The position numbers and the translations under genes were made by a program. The notes below the pieces were generated by a model. The model saw nothing but the letters and a program-made list of their open reading frames with translations, made no database searches and was not told where the DNA came from. A stretch of DNA of 63,235 nt, the filler included, from Stramenopiles sp. TOSAG23-3 (lineage: Eukaryota): NCBI GenBank assembly GCA_900128585.1. It is 8 parts of 8 records of this genome, joined end to end, with 100 filler letters (N's around TTAATTAATTAA, not from the genome) between each part and the next. Parts side by side here need not be neighbours in the genome. Positions count along the whole stretch, not along the records: positions 40,040 to 49,934 come from LT642872.1; positions 50,035 to 59,897 come from LT642873.1; 6 more parts are not named here. The stretch is one strand, 5' to 3'. The stretch's first letter is position 1. Each line of letters begins with the position of its first letter. Below are positions 42,211 through 53,204 of this stretch, piece by piece.

Positions 42211-43131
42211 TCACATCAAAATGTCAAACTTGTCTCTACTTGAAGCGTTTGTTTTCGGTCTCTTGTACCCCTTTTTGTGTTTTCCAGTTTTTACATCCAC
42301 ATAACCTGGTCCTATCCGTTCAATCAAGTCTATTGACAAAAGACGAAGGTATCCTTTTTCCTCCGCTAGCTCATCTTTCTTCTGTAACTCTTTGCGCAAG
42401 AGTCTGTTTTGTTCATCGAGTTCCGCTTGCAGCATTTGGTGCCTGGCCCGTAGCTCTCTCATTGGGAGGGCCCGGAGGGCAACTGGCGAGCAAGAGTACT
42501 TCTCTGCCATCATCTCTCTGTATATGTTGTGGAGGACTGTTTCTGCAACGGTCTTGGCACTGCGATTTGATTCATGGCCTTGATCTCGATCAAAGCTGCT
42601 ATTGTTACTTGAAGACAGGTCAAACACCGATGCCTTTACGTGCTCCTGACGACCTTGACTTGTATTGTCGCCACCGCCACGTTGCACCCTGCTCGATTCC
42701 CTCCACTTTCTATAATAGCGTTGTATTAAGGTAGCCTTATGGTTATTCACAGCGCACCGGTTCTTCCAGACAAGTTTTTCGTCCCGCATGCGTTGCTTTA
42801 TGACCACAGTGCGGAGCAGTGCCTCCCCCTCCTCGACTTGCAGCTGTTTCAAGCGTTCCCGCTCTCTTTCTTCTTTTTCGAATTTTTCAAACAGTATGTC
42901 AGCGTATATTTTTCTATGTACAAACCCGCGCGCAATCCTCTGGATAGTAATCGCGCTTCTCTCCACCAGCGTCCCGGAGTTGCCACTTAAAATTTTAGCT
43001 GCATCCACCACAGAAGACGCTAGGTGAGGGTCTATCTTTGCAAGGGCAGCGTATGTGCGCCGATTCCTGGCAAGCGCCAAGCGATTCTTCAACTCCTCAA
43101 ACTCCCCGTCTGGCAGCAAGTCTAAACTCAT
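42211..43131 (-). CDS. IQ-motif and coiled-coil protein (C-terminal coil SCHIP1/FEZ-like)
   Basis: IQ motifs AITIQRIARGF and ATLIQRYYRKWR, followed by ELDEQNRLLRKELQKKDELAEEK. Confidence 0.65.
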   Translation of the reverse strand: MSLDLLPDGEFEELKNRLALARNRRTYAALAKIDPHLASSVVDAAKILSGNSGTLVERSAITIQRIARGFVHRKIYADILFEKFEKEERERERLKQLQVEEGEALLRTVVIKQRMRDEKLVWKNRCAVNNHKATLIQRYYRKWRESSRVQRGGGDNTSQGRQEHVKASVFDLSSSNNSSFDRDQGHESNRSAKTVAETVLHNIYREMMAEKYSCSPVALRALPMRELRARHQMLQAELDEQNRLLRKELQKKDELAEEKGYLRLLSIDLIERIGPGYVDVKTGKHKKGYKRPKTNASSRDKFDILM

Positions 43132-43859
43132 GCCTCGAACAAATTGCGGTTCATATAAACACCAAAAAAAACCTATACCCAACCTTCAATTGAATAAATT
43201 TGAGCAGTTGAAAGGAGACTCTTATCAATCATATACATGATCTGATCAAAAAGTCATGAACAATGGTAATCTATCTCCAATTAAAAAACACACCACATTC
43301 TCCTCTAGTTTATGTTGCACGAGGTAATACTACACATCATTGTACAATATTTTTTGTTTTTACTACTACTTTTCTTCTTCTTAACTACTACTACTAACTA
43401 CCATACTATAATACTAAAAAAATACCAAAAAAAAAAAGAAGAAAGAGAGAAGAAGAAGAAAAGAAGAAGAGAAGAAGAGTGTAGACGACTAGTATTTAAA
43501 AAAAAAAAAATCTTCTTTCTTCTTCTTTCTTCTTCTTCTTCTTCTTCTCCTACCAAGTACGTACGGTACGGGGAACCGGAACCGTACTGTGATTTTAACA
43601 AAATATAATTGTGAAAAGTATAGTATATTATTTATAGTTTTCCTTTGTATTTAATTTTGCGGAAAGGACGGACAAACACGATTGTCATGCCAAAAGAGCG
43701 TTGACTTACAGTTTTGCATGTGTATAAACACCGGGCTGGTTGGATTTCGTCGTTCATTATCGTTGTAACTGCAGCAGCCGTATCTTGCTCGATGCTGCAC
43801 GACCCGGCGAGCACCTGACTGCATTCAACATTGTGCACGGTTAAAAATACTGTTTAGGC

Positions 43860-44832
43860 ATGTCGGGGGGGGGTGCCTCTGAAGACGTCCATGTCGGTCT
43901 TGCGCCGGCACGCTAGAAATTTCATAAAAGTAGTGCATCCAGATATTGTATCATTTCGAAATCCTGCCTACAAAAAGCAAAATGAAGTATCGCTCGGTGC
44001 ATTCAACAATTTTATGGACTTGACCTCTTCGGTGTGCTCTCCAAAAGCGCAAGTCCCAAAAGTCTTGGACCCCAGGTTTAAGTTTTCGTTTTTTGTCCCG
44101 AAGGGTGGTGACCATGACACCATTCGTAAAATTGATGTTTCCGTCCAGGTCCCGTCTGCATTTTCTACCGCCAACGCGGTGAATGCAATGCACCAGCGGC
44201 ATTGGGTGCGTGTGGCAGCAACCGGCGTTGCCCAACTTCTTGGTGGGGCCAACATTCCCATCCCAGACGACTTGGATGCTCTTTGCCGGCGGCCGCAGCC
44301 GGGGCGTGGGAAAGCTTTTCCTCGGGGAGGGAAGACAAGGAAGAAAAATCGTGCAGTTTACGGTTCTTTCGATAGCGCTGAGATTGAAACTGCGATGATG
44401 GATCACATCTACAAACACGGGGTCGACAATGACCTTTATTACAACCTCCATGGGGAGGCCGAACGGTCCCGCCGTGAGTTTAGTGCAGAATTTCGCGAAG
44501 AAACAATATTAGGGCTGGTCCGTGGCAGGTGCCTGTTCCTGTCGGAAGAGCTAAGTGACGCCGAGGCCGCCGAAACAGTGGAACAGTTTGTCGCATTCCT
44601 AGACAAACATTTTGTGGAGCTATCGTTGGACGATGAGCTCTGGGCAACGGCCGCTGTAATAGTAAGAAAAGAGGAAGGGAATGTTGGAAAGTTGTTACCG
44701 CGCCAAGTCGTCCTACCGTACAGTAAACGATGGGGGCAGAGCGAGCTGTCATTGCTAAAAGGGCATCTTGGGCGACTTTGGAAGAAGAAAACACATCGGC
44801 GTTTCGGTAGGCACAGCTCAAAAAAGCGGTAG
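43860..44832 (+). CDS. DUF4460 (TCAIM N-terminal-like) domain protein; start uncertain (ATG 43860 needs G8 instead of G9, otherwise ATG 43891)
   Basis: LRRHARNFIKVVHPD...KKQNEVSLGAFNNF followed by FSFFV. Confidence 0.65.
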
Positions 44833-45161
44833 CACACGTCCCGTAAAACGTAGAGGGAGGTGCAAGGTTTCATGCACAAAAAGTACGTATATGAATTCTA
44901 TTCTTTATTAATATGAAGAACGGGCCCGTCAACCAACAAATGTAACACAGGTGACACAGCATCTAGGACATTCTTTGGTGGCACGCTTCACCATAATATA
45001 CAAATTTCGTAAATATGGAGAATTGGTCAGGAAAGGGCGACTGTAAATTTAACTAAGCTTCTAGTAGAATTTTAAACACACGCGAGTACACTATATCATT
45101 CATTTACACTCGATACAAAATCCGTAATTCTACAAGTGCATAAACTGACCGGTGCAATGTT

Positions 45162-45539
45162 TTACAAAGAGACGATCAAAGGTCCAGCATTGTCGCTCCC
45201 ATCGTTAACGTGTGCATTGTGGCTGCCATCACAGTACGGGAAGGACTTGCTTTTCCAGCAGCGACACAGTACGAGTTTTTCTTTGCCCCCAAGGGAAACT
45301 TTGTGAACAACTTTTTTCTTGTCAAGGTCTTGGTAATGGTTTGCCCTCTTTGCCGCACCGCCAAAACCAAGAAATGCATTCGCAGTGTATACAATGACAA
45401 GTAGCGTAACAAAAAATGGCAACAGCTGAAGCCACTCATTCTGAGTTAGCTTCATGAACCCTGCAAACGTTTTCGGCAAAGGCAAAGCTACGAGAGCCGC
45501 CGGCAACGTGCTCGTTACAAAAGTTGTTACAGCCTCCAT
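45162..45539 (-). CDS. CDGSH iron-sulfur (NEET family, CISD1/2-like) protein
   Basis: An N-terminal TM helix followed by LCRCWKSKSFPYCDGSHNAH and NAGPL. Confidence 0.93.
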   Translation of the reverse strand: MEAVTTFVTSTLPAALVALPLPKTFAGFMKLTQNEWLQLLPFFVTLLVIVYTANAFLGFGGAAKRANHYQDLDKKKVVHKVSLGGKEKLVLCRCWKSKSFPYCDGSHNAHVNDGSDNAGPLIVSL

Positions 45540-46439
45540 TCTTCACTCGTACGGGATTTCCTTTTTGTTCTTGTTGTTGATAACCAAAAATCAATTTTAT
45601 TCTAACTTGCCTTACATCTGTTTATTGTGAAGCCCACAACTCCCATTATTCGTAACAACAAGTATAGGTCACATGATTCACAAAAGATACAGAACTGTAT
45701 AAAAGTTCAAAAATTATTATCCTCGTTTATTTTACTCTTCTTCTTCTTCTTCTTCTTCTTCTTCTTTTTTTTTTTCTACTTGAGAGGTGGTCCGGTCCGT
45801 CCGTCCGTCCGTCCGTCATCGTCCATCCATGGAGTTTGCTTTTATGAATAGAGTTATGAATAGGGTTTAAATATATGAAGGAAGAAAGAAAAGGTAGAAA
45901 AAAACAGAAAAAATGATTGAATAACAGGTAAATAGTATAGGTTGATATATTGGGAATTGTGAAATCGCTTCTTAGAACAAACCAACTCTCAATACTTCCA
46001 TATTTGATAGTTTATTTCTATACTATTTCTATATTATAAATGTTTAAAAAATAATTACTGTAGGAGTACATTTAATAATGTTTTAGTATATGCTATTTAC
46101 CTGTAGTACATTTTTTAATTTATTACCCCTGCCCTTCTTCTTCTTTTTTTTTTTTGAGAGAGAAGAAGAAGATGATATATATTATGACGATGCTGTGTGA
46201 TAATAATAATAGTGAAGTAGTCGTCTTCTTCTTCTTCTTTCAACCGGCCATCCACCCATGTACGCTTTCTACGTTTGCCTTCGTGCGTGGATAAAAGAAA
46301 AGGTTTCGTAAAAGCAAATGTATGAAATATATTCTTCACAAATACAAAAGGTATGAAACGAAAAACTGATTTAAATCCGAATCAGACGCACACCAACACC
46401 AGCAAACGACCCAAACAACAACTCAAAACACTGAACGAT

Positions 46440-47375
46440 ATGAGCGCTATGATGGACACCGACGAAAAGCAAGCGGAGGAGATGGACATACAAAACCCCT
46501 TGGTGTATGTAAAACACTTGACGTTCAACTACTTTGAGAAGAAAGTTCTTTACGATATCAATTTGAAAGTCATGCCTGGGCAACGGTGCCTTGTCGTGGG
46601 AGCGAATGGGGCCGGGAAGAGTACCCTTCTCCGTGTTCTTGCTGGCCGCCATATGCCTCCCTCGAGCTGCGAGTTTAGTGTCTTGGGCACCCGTGCCCCA
46701 CAGGACCAAATTGGCGGACTTGCCTTCTTGGGGAACAACTGGTCCCGAACGGTCGCGTTCGCCGCGAGCAACGTTGCATACCAGTGCGACATGCCCGTCC
46801 GTGACATGATGTCCAAGCTACAGAGGGACTACCCTGAAAGGCGGGATATGCTGGTCAAGCTTCTTGGAGTTGACTTGAACTGGCGCATGCACCAGGTTTC
46901 TGACGGCCAACGCCGTCGCGTTCAAATCATGCTGGGGTTGATCAAGCCGTTCCGAGTCCTATTGATGGACGAAATCACCGTCGATTTGGACTTGGTGGCC
47001 AGGCAAGATCTGCTGAACTTTCTGAAATCGGAGTGCGAAACTCGAGGGGCATGTATCCTGTATGCAACTCACATTTTTGATGGCCTCGACGATTGGACGA
47101 CGCACGTGATGTACCTGAAGGCCGGGAAGACGTACGGAGTAAGAAAGTTGTCGGAATTCGACGGGTGGTCGGCGCGCAAGAATGCAGGCGAGCACAACCC
47201 CCTTCTCAGAACTGTCGAAGCACGAATGCGCGCGGAGAGAAAAGAAGAGCAGAATTTCGAAGAAGCCGAAATGTTGGTTCATGAAAAGGCGCACAAGGCA
47301 ATGGGACCTCAGGGAGGATTTGCCTCTGGCAGGGCAAGTATGTTCGCTGCTGGTCGTATGGACGCTTATCGATAG
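46440..47375 (+). CDS. Soluble ABC ATPase, CAF16/ABCI20-like
   Basis: Walker A GANGAGKST, signature VSDGQRRRVQI, LLMDEITVDLD and YATHIFDGL. An alternative ATG lies at 46353. Confidence 0.9.
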   Translation: MSAMMDTDEKQAEEMDIQNPLVYVKHLTFNYFEKKVLYDINLKVMPGQRCLVVGANGAGKSTLLRVLAGRHMPPSSCEFSVLGTRAPQDQIGGLAFLGNNWSRTVAFAASNVAYQCDMPVRDMMSKLQRDYPERRDMLVKLLGVDLNWRMHQVSDGQRRRVQIMLGLIKPFRVLLMDEITVDLDLVARQDLLNFLKSECETRGACILYATHIFDGLDDWTTHVMYLKAGKTYGVRKLSEFDGWSARKNAGEHNPLLRTVEARMRAERKEEQNFEEAEMLVHEKAHKAMGPQGGFASGRASMFAAGRMDAYR

Positions 47376-47911
47376 AAATTGATGATGAAAATGATTTTCT
47401 ATTATAGCTCTTCAGCACACGAAAGAAAGAAAAGATTTTTTGCAAAAATACCCTAGACTATGTGTAATTAGTATATAAATACAAACACATATTTTAATTC
47501 ATTTGATGATTATTCCCGTGTATTGTAATGATAACAAGGGGGGAGTGTTCTAGTACCATGATTTAAAAACCAGTAGTTCGGTGTGATTGCAAATTACTTG
47601 ATATAATAATTATAAATATAAAAAAAATACCAAAAAAAGACACTATCATACGGTACTTGGACTACCTTGGTACTACTGTATGAATTATTCGTCTAACTAA
47701 AATTGAATAAGAAGAGAATAGAATAGCTAGAATAAGCAGAAGGTAGGATGTACTTCCTTCCAGCTCAGGGAAGAAGATAGAAATAAATAATATATAAGAA
47801 TAGCTACACATCATAGACCTAATATTAATATAGTAATAATTAGACTAGAGAAGAAAAGATATAAAAAAATAATAATAAAAGAAAAGTTAGAAAATAAGTT
47901 AGGCGAAATAT

Positions 47912-47942
<31 letters not shown>

Positions 47943-48252
47943 AAGAAGAAAGAAGAAGAAAGAAGAAAGAAGAAGAAAGAAGAAGAAGAAGATGAAGAAG
48001 AAGAGAAGAAGCGCGGCGGGGGAAGAAAAAACTTCTAATTTTTGGTATATATATATTAATACAATATGTTGATAAATGAGGTAGGTATGTATGAGAAAAA
48101 AGGTTGATTTGGAAATAAAGGAATTGCACACGAACATGAAAAGCAATTTATACACACACACGCAGTACTTACTCACTTACATACATACGTATTTTTGGTT
48201 GGAGACTTTCGCCTTCATCCACCAACGCAGTTAGCAAAACAAAACGTCGACA

Positions 48253-49488
48253 ATGTCCGCGTTTGCATCCGTGCCAAAGGCCCCAGAGAATAAGATATTC
48301 AACTTGAATACCCTGTTCAAAGCAGACACATTCCCCCAAAAACTGAATCTAGGAGTTGGGGCTTACCGTGATCATTTGGGCAGGCCATACGTATTCAATG
48401 TGGTAAAGAACGCAGAGACGCACCTTTACAACGCGACAATGGGTGGGGACTTGAACAAAGAGTATTTGCCAATTCGTGGCGACGACGGTTTTACGCGTGC
48501 CTGTGGAGAGCTCTTGTACGGGGCTGACAGCGTTGTATTCAAAGAAAAGCGAATAGCATCGGTTCAAAGCATTTCTGGGACCGGGGCGTTAAGGCTTGCA
48601 GCCGATTTTCTCTCAAAGTGGGGGGGGAAACCGAAAGTCTATATTTCTACCCCCACTTGGTCCAACCACAAGACTATCTTTGGAGCTGCTGGGCTTGAGG
48701 TTGCCAGCTACGACTACTACTCCCCAAGCCTTCTGGGTGTTGACATGGATGCTATGCTTGCATCGCTTTCGGGGGCTGCCAAAGGTTCCGTTGTTGTGCT
48801 GCACATGTGCTGCCACAACCCGACTGGTGCGGACTTTACGGAAGACCAGTGGCGACGCCTAGCAGATGTCATGGAAGAGAAAGGACTGATCCCGCTCTTT
48901 GATTGCGCTTACCAGGGCTTTGCCACTGGCCTCGTCGACGAGGACGCCTTTCCCATTCGGCACTTTGTCTCCAAAGGGTTCGAAGTGTTTAGCGCCCAAA
49001 GTTTCAGCAAAAACCTGGGACTCTACAACGAGCGCGCAGGCGCAGTGTCCTTGATCACCAAAACGACAAGCGCAGCAGTGGCGGCCAAGAGCCAGTTCGA
49101 AATAATCATCCGGCATGCCTTTAGTAATCCACCATCGCACGGCGCGTGGATTGCGGCCCACGTGCTCACGAAACAGAACAAAGAATGGCGCGACGAGCTG
49201 TACCAAGTCACCCAACGAATTATCAAAATGAGAGAGTTGTTGCAAGCGGAAATTCTACGACTTAAGACCCCTGGGTCATGGTCTCACATTACTCAGCAAC
49301 GAGGAATGTTCTGCTTCTCGGGTCTCTCTGCCTTGCAGAGTAAGCGCATGATCAGCGAGCATCACATTTACATGCTAGAGAATGGGAGGATCAACTGTGC
49401 TGCTTTACGGGAAGGCGACATTGGGTACTTGGCTGCATGCATCAAAAATGTAATTACGACTAACCCAACTGCCAGCAGCAACCTGTAG
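48253..49488 (+). CDS. Aspartate aminotransferase (no N-terminal presequence; C-terminal SNL)
   Basis: NLGVGAYRD, QSISGTGAL, HNPTG, FDCAYQGFATG, SFSKNLGLYNERAG (PLP lysine) and GRIN. Confidence 0.95.
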   Translation: MSAFASVPKAPENKIFNLNTLFKADTFPQKLNLGVGAYRDHLGRPYVFNVVKNAETHLYNATMGGDLNKEYLPIRGDDGFTRACGELLYGADSVVFKEKRIASVQSISGTGALRLAADFLSKWGGKPKVYISTPTWSNHKTIFGAAGLEVASYDYYSPSLLGVDMDAMLASLSGAAKGSVVVLHMCCHNPTGADFTEDQWRRLADVMEEKGLIPLFDCAYQGFATGLVDEDAFPIRHFVSKGFEVFSAQSFSKNLGLYNERAGAVSLITKTTSAAVAAKSQFEIIIRHAFSNPPSHGAWIAAHVLTKQNKEWRDELYQVTQRIIKMRELLQAEILRLKTPGSWSHITQQRGMFCFSGLSALQSKRMISEHHIYMLENGRINCAALREGDIGYLAACIKNVITTNPTASSNL

Positions 49489-49934
49489 ATACTGCAACAA
49501 TGTGTGCACGCTTTGTATCGGATTACGTCGATACTTTTGTTGTTTTTTAAATTTTGTGAAAAACGTTTTTTTAAGTGAAAGGTTTTTAAAGATAGTTTGA
49601 GATGAGAGAGTGACGAGAGTTAGTGTGAAGATGTATGTTTTTAGTATAGAGAGTGTAAGAGAGATGGACCGCAACGCGGAAAGTTATAAAAATGCCGAAA
49701 CGGAGGGTCCAGGGAAAGGAAAAGGCATCTCTTGCAAGAGTCCAGACGTGAGTAAGTTAATTTATGTAAATTTGAGGTTTCCTACACTACAAAGTACGTA
49801 CACGTAATTCGTACGAGTACGAGTATACCCCCTGAGATTTTTACGTGAATTTATTATATCGCTCCGGATAGTTCATGGTCTCCACTATAAAAAAAAATGA
49901 TGATTGACAACCATCAATGAGACGAAATTACAGA

Positions 49935-50034
49935 NNNNNNNNNNNNNNNNNNNNNNNNNNNNNNNNNNNNNNNNNNNNTTAATTAATTAANNNNNNNNNN
50001 NNNNNNNNNNNNNNNNNNNNNNNNNNNNNNNNNN
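49935..50034. other. Artificial contig spacer
   Basis: N44-TTAATTAATTAA-N44. Confidence 0.98.
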
Positions 50035-51235
50035 CGCCCGGGACCCCACCCTCGTTGAACGAGTCAACCAAGGCCCCGATTTTGGGATCGACCAACAAAG
50101 GCACCCTTCGGTACGGGATCGTCAATGACACCCTCGTCTTCAACGGCGACAGCACCGGCGCGATGCCGTTGCGAGCATTGCAAAGCTTTAGCGCGGGCGT
50201 CACGGTAGGCGTGGATCTTATCAAGAGCGACCGTTGCTCAAGCCATTACATAGTTTTTAGTACAAACCCAAACTACGTCTTTCCTGGGTGGGGAAAACAG
50301 AGAAAGCAAGGGGAAGACGTTTCCCTTTTGTTCGGCTTTAACTGCAACGCAAAATACGCGTACGGGATGGAGCAGACGGTCGGGGACTCGTGCATGGCAA
50401 AGCGAAACGCCAGCAACGCGACGGCAGCCTTTGGGGGAGAATCGGGTGTCGGCGCCGCAGGCAACGCCAGCGACACCAACGCCACGGACCTTATGGACAA
50501 CCACTTCGGTGAAAACAGTCTGGAATTTGTCGTAAGCGGAGACAAGATTGTGTTCAAAGATGCCCGGTGCGAAAAGACGCTGGTGCTTAACGAAAGCATC
50601 CCCTTCGGTCGCCGATTTTACATGTTCATTCCGTCTTGCTGTCCGTTGCTGCTCAAAAACAGGAGAACGGGTTTCTCATTCTAAGTACGGCTGCAATAAC
50701 AAAAAAACATTCTTGGAAGCCAAAGATATCTGCGAAAACAAAGGACTCCGGTTATGTACGGTGGAAGAGGTAGAGAAATGCGTTACTTGTGGCACCGGCT
50801 GCGGCTATGATGAGCAGAGAATATGGACTTCAACAAAGTCCAAGTCAGCTGTGGAGCCGAAAAAGATCATTGGCCTTGCAAAAAAAATTGCCAGTAAAAC
50901 AACTGCTGCTTTGTATAAAACTGTTACCGCGGATGGCGCAGAAGATTCTGTAAAGGAAATTTCCACATCAGAAAAGGCAGCGGTCATATGCTGTAAACTC
51001 GGAGCTAACGACTTCAAACTTGAAAACCAGGGTGAGCCAGAATATGGGTGCCAGAAAGAAAAGACATATCCTCAAGCGAGAATTGTTTGTCAGGTCAATG
51101 GTAAACGATTGTGTGCTGCAAAGGAACTGATTGGCCACGCAGACTGGTCCGGCTGTAACTTTGATGCATCGGTAAGAGTATGGTCGTCCTCTGGTCGCAT
51201 TCCCACGAAATCTAAAAAGGACGAGCTTCCAGCAG
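50035..51235 (+). CDS. Fragmented extracellular protein: a beta-rich segment, then (after a frame break near 50630) two Cys-rich repeats AVRCC...GLRLC...GCGYD..IW
   Basis: ORFs 50055-50684 and 50548-51339 are in different frames. Two homologous Cys modules read AVRCCSK...KTFLEAKDICENKGLRLC and AVICCKL...KTYPQARIVCQVNGKRLC. The 3' boundary is approximate. Confidence 0.5.
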
Positions 51236-51703
51236 AAATGAGGCGCCCACCCCTTCCAGTTGTCGAGATGTCAATACGCCGCCCGCGACAAAGTTGTGGA
51301 CCGCTCCCCAGATTAACAGTTCGATGTAGGACGGTATGATGGCGACCAGGTCGATCCAATTGAGTGGGTCAGACCAGAAGTCCCCCGTCGTTGCGATCGT
51401 ATCGTGCTTGTACACGTAGAGCCTGACAACGAACTCTACAGTAAAGATGGCCACAAAGACTAAATCTAGCGCGAGGAAACATTCGTACCCGCAGACCGAC
51501 TCAACCGTCTTCTCGGTACTAAGGCAGAAAACAACAATGCTCAAAATAACAGATGCAGTGAGAAAATCCGCGATACGGTGCGCTTTCGTCGACGAGGTAG
51601 GGTCTTCTACAAGCAAGAACATAGAAGAATGCAACTCCTCCACACCATCCTTCTCGCCGCCGTCGCCAGATTTGCCGTTCGGAGTCACCTTGTACTGACT
51701 CAT
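51212..51703 (-). pseudogene. Voltage-gated (Kv-like) channel N-terminal part (S1-S3), truncated before S4 and the pore; pseudogene or misassembly
   Basis: LLVEDPTSS..A, IFTVEFVVRL and PLNWIDLVAIIPSYIEL are present, but the ORF stops without an Arg-rich S4 or a GYG filter. Confidence 0.6.
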
Positions 51704-52227
51704 GATTACGTTGCTGCTGTGAATGGACTAGAATCTCTCTTTCTCTTTCTACAGTTCAAAATCGACCAACGAAAAATATATCTTAACGTTCTTCACTTTC
51801 ATTCAAAGCCGACCAACGAACAAGTTCTAAACGTTCTTTAGTTTTATTCATGTCCCGACCGGACCAACGTGTACTACACTATACTGTATGTATAAGATCC
51901 TATAATACTACTTTCCTCTTTTTCGGCGAATTATTGTGGTCTTTTTTATAGCGAATGGTCATAATGTACACATATATGTCAGAAAATAATAAAACACTCT
52001 AGCATCATCATGTGAAGGAGAAAAAATAAATAAAAAATATCTAAATACAGCATCACAGTTACTACTATTTCTGGTACATTTATTCTCACACATATGTACG
52101 TTAAGCATATGTATTAAACAGAGAAATACCATTGAATTTTAGTATTAAATCTCATTTATCATTCGAGTCTTTCATTTATTCGTTACGTTAATACTATTTC
52201 CATATGCATAATACGATAGCTAGACAC

Positions 52228-52284
52228 AAAGAAAGAAAGAAAGACAGAAAGAAAGAAAGAAAGAAAGAAACAAACAAACAAACA

Positions 52285-52320
<36 letters not shown>

Positions 52321-52363
52321 ATGAATGAAAGAAAGAAAGAAAGAATGAAAGAAAGAAAGAAAA
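52228..52363. repeat. Compound (GAAA/CAAA/GAAT)n microsatellite
   Basis: Direct reading of the sequence. Confidence 0.9.
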
Positions 52364-53204
52364 GAATAAGATAATGAGAGAGGTTATTTTATTATAAATA
52401 ATCAGTCGTCTCGTCGTCTATATTTGTTTATGGGGAAAAGATAACCATCATTAACTACACTAATTGTCAATATAAACTATACAATTGTGATAAATATGAC
52501 TTCAACTGAATTTATTCTTTTAGAGATCATCTTGTTTTTAAACCCTAATAATTAACACTAGTCAACGTCACAAAAATAAATAAAACGACTATAATAATAG
52601 ATCTCTACGAAATCATTAATTTAATATTTTAGAAAAATAGAAATAGAAATACAGTTTAATTTAAAATTAAATATAACGATTTGATCTATATTTAGCGTCT
52701 TTTTATTATATTGGTAATTTAATCATCAGTCGGTCTGTTGTCTGCTGTCTATGAGGAATGAGGAGTAATAATAGTCGATTCCAATAATAATATGAAGAGG
52801 CTGATGATAAATATTATGTCGTACCTATTAGAATACGATAAAATCCCCCTATCTATTTAATATTATTTTTTTATTCCGTACCTGGTACGGGTACCGAATC
52901 CGTTCGGTCTATTTTTTATACCTGGTACGGTATGTATGTACCTCTTCTTCCCCCATTTGTTTCTCTATTTTTTACATTCTTTATACTTTTATAAAGTTTG
53001 ATGCAAACTGTAAAATATTTAAATGAGTTCCTTGAAGAAATGGAGTGTGGGAGAGTTTTGTATCTATGAAATTTTTTGTCTTTTGTGGAGGGTTTGTTGG
53101 ATTGCTCTTCCTTCTGTTTCCTTCTTTGTTCTCTTTTGTGGCGCGGCAAGTGCGAAAGAGGTGCACGCCGGGGCAGTAACGGTCGCAAGCAACAATACGC
53201 TGTG

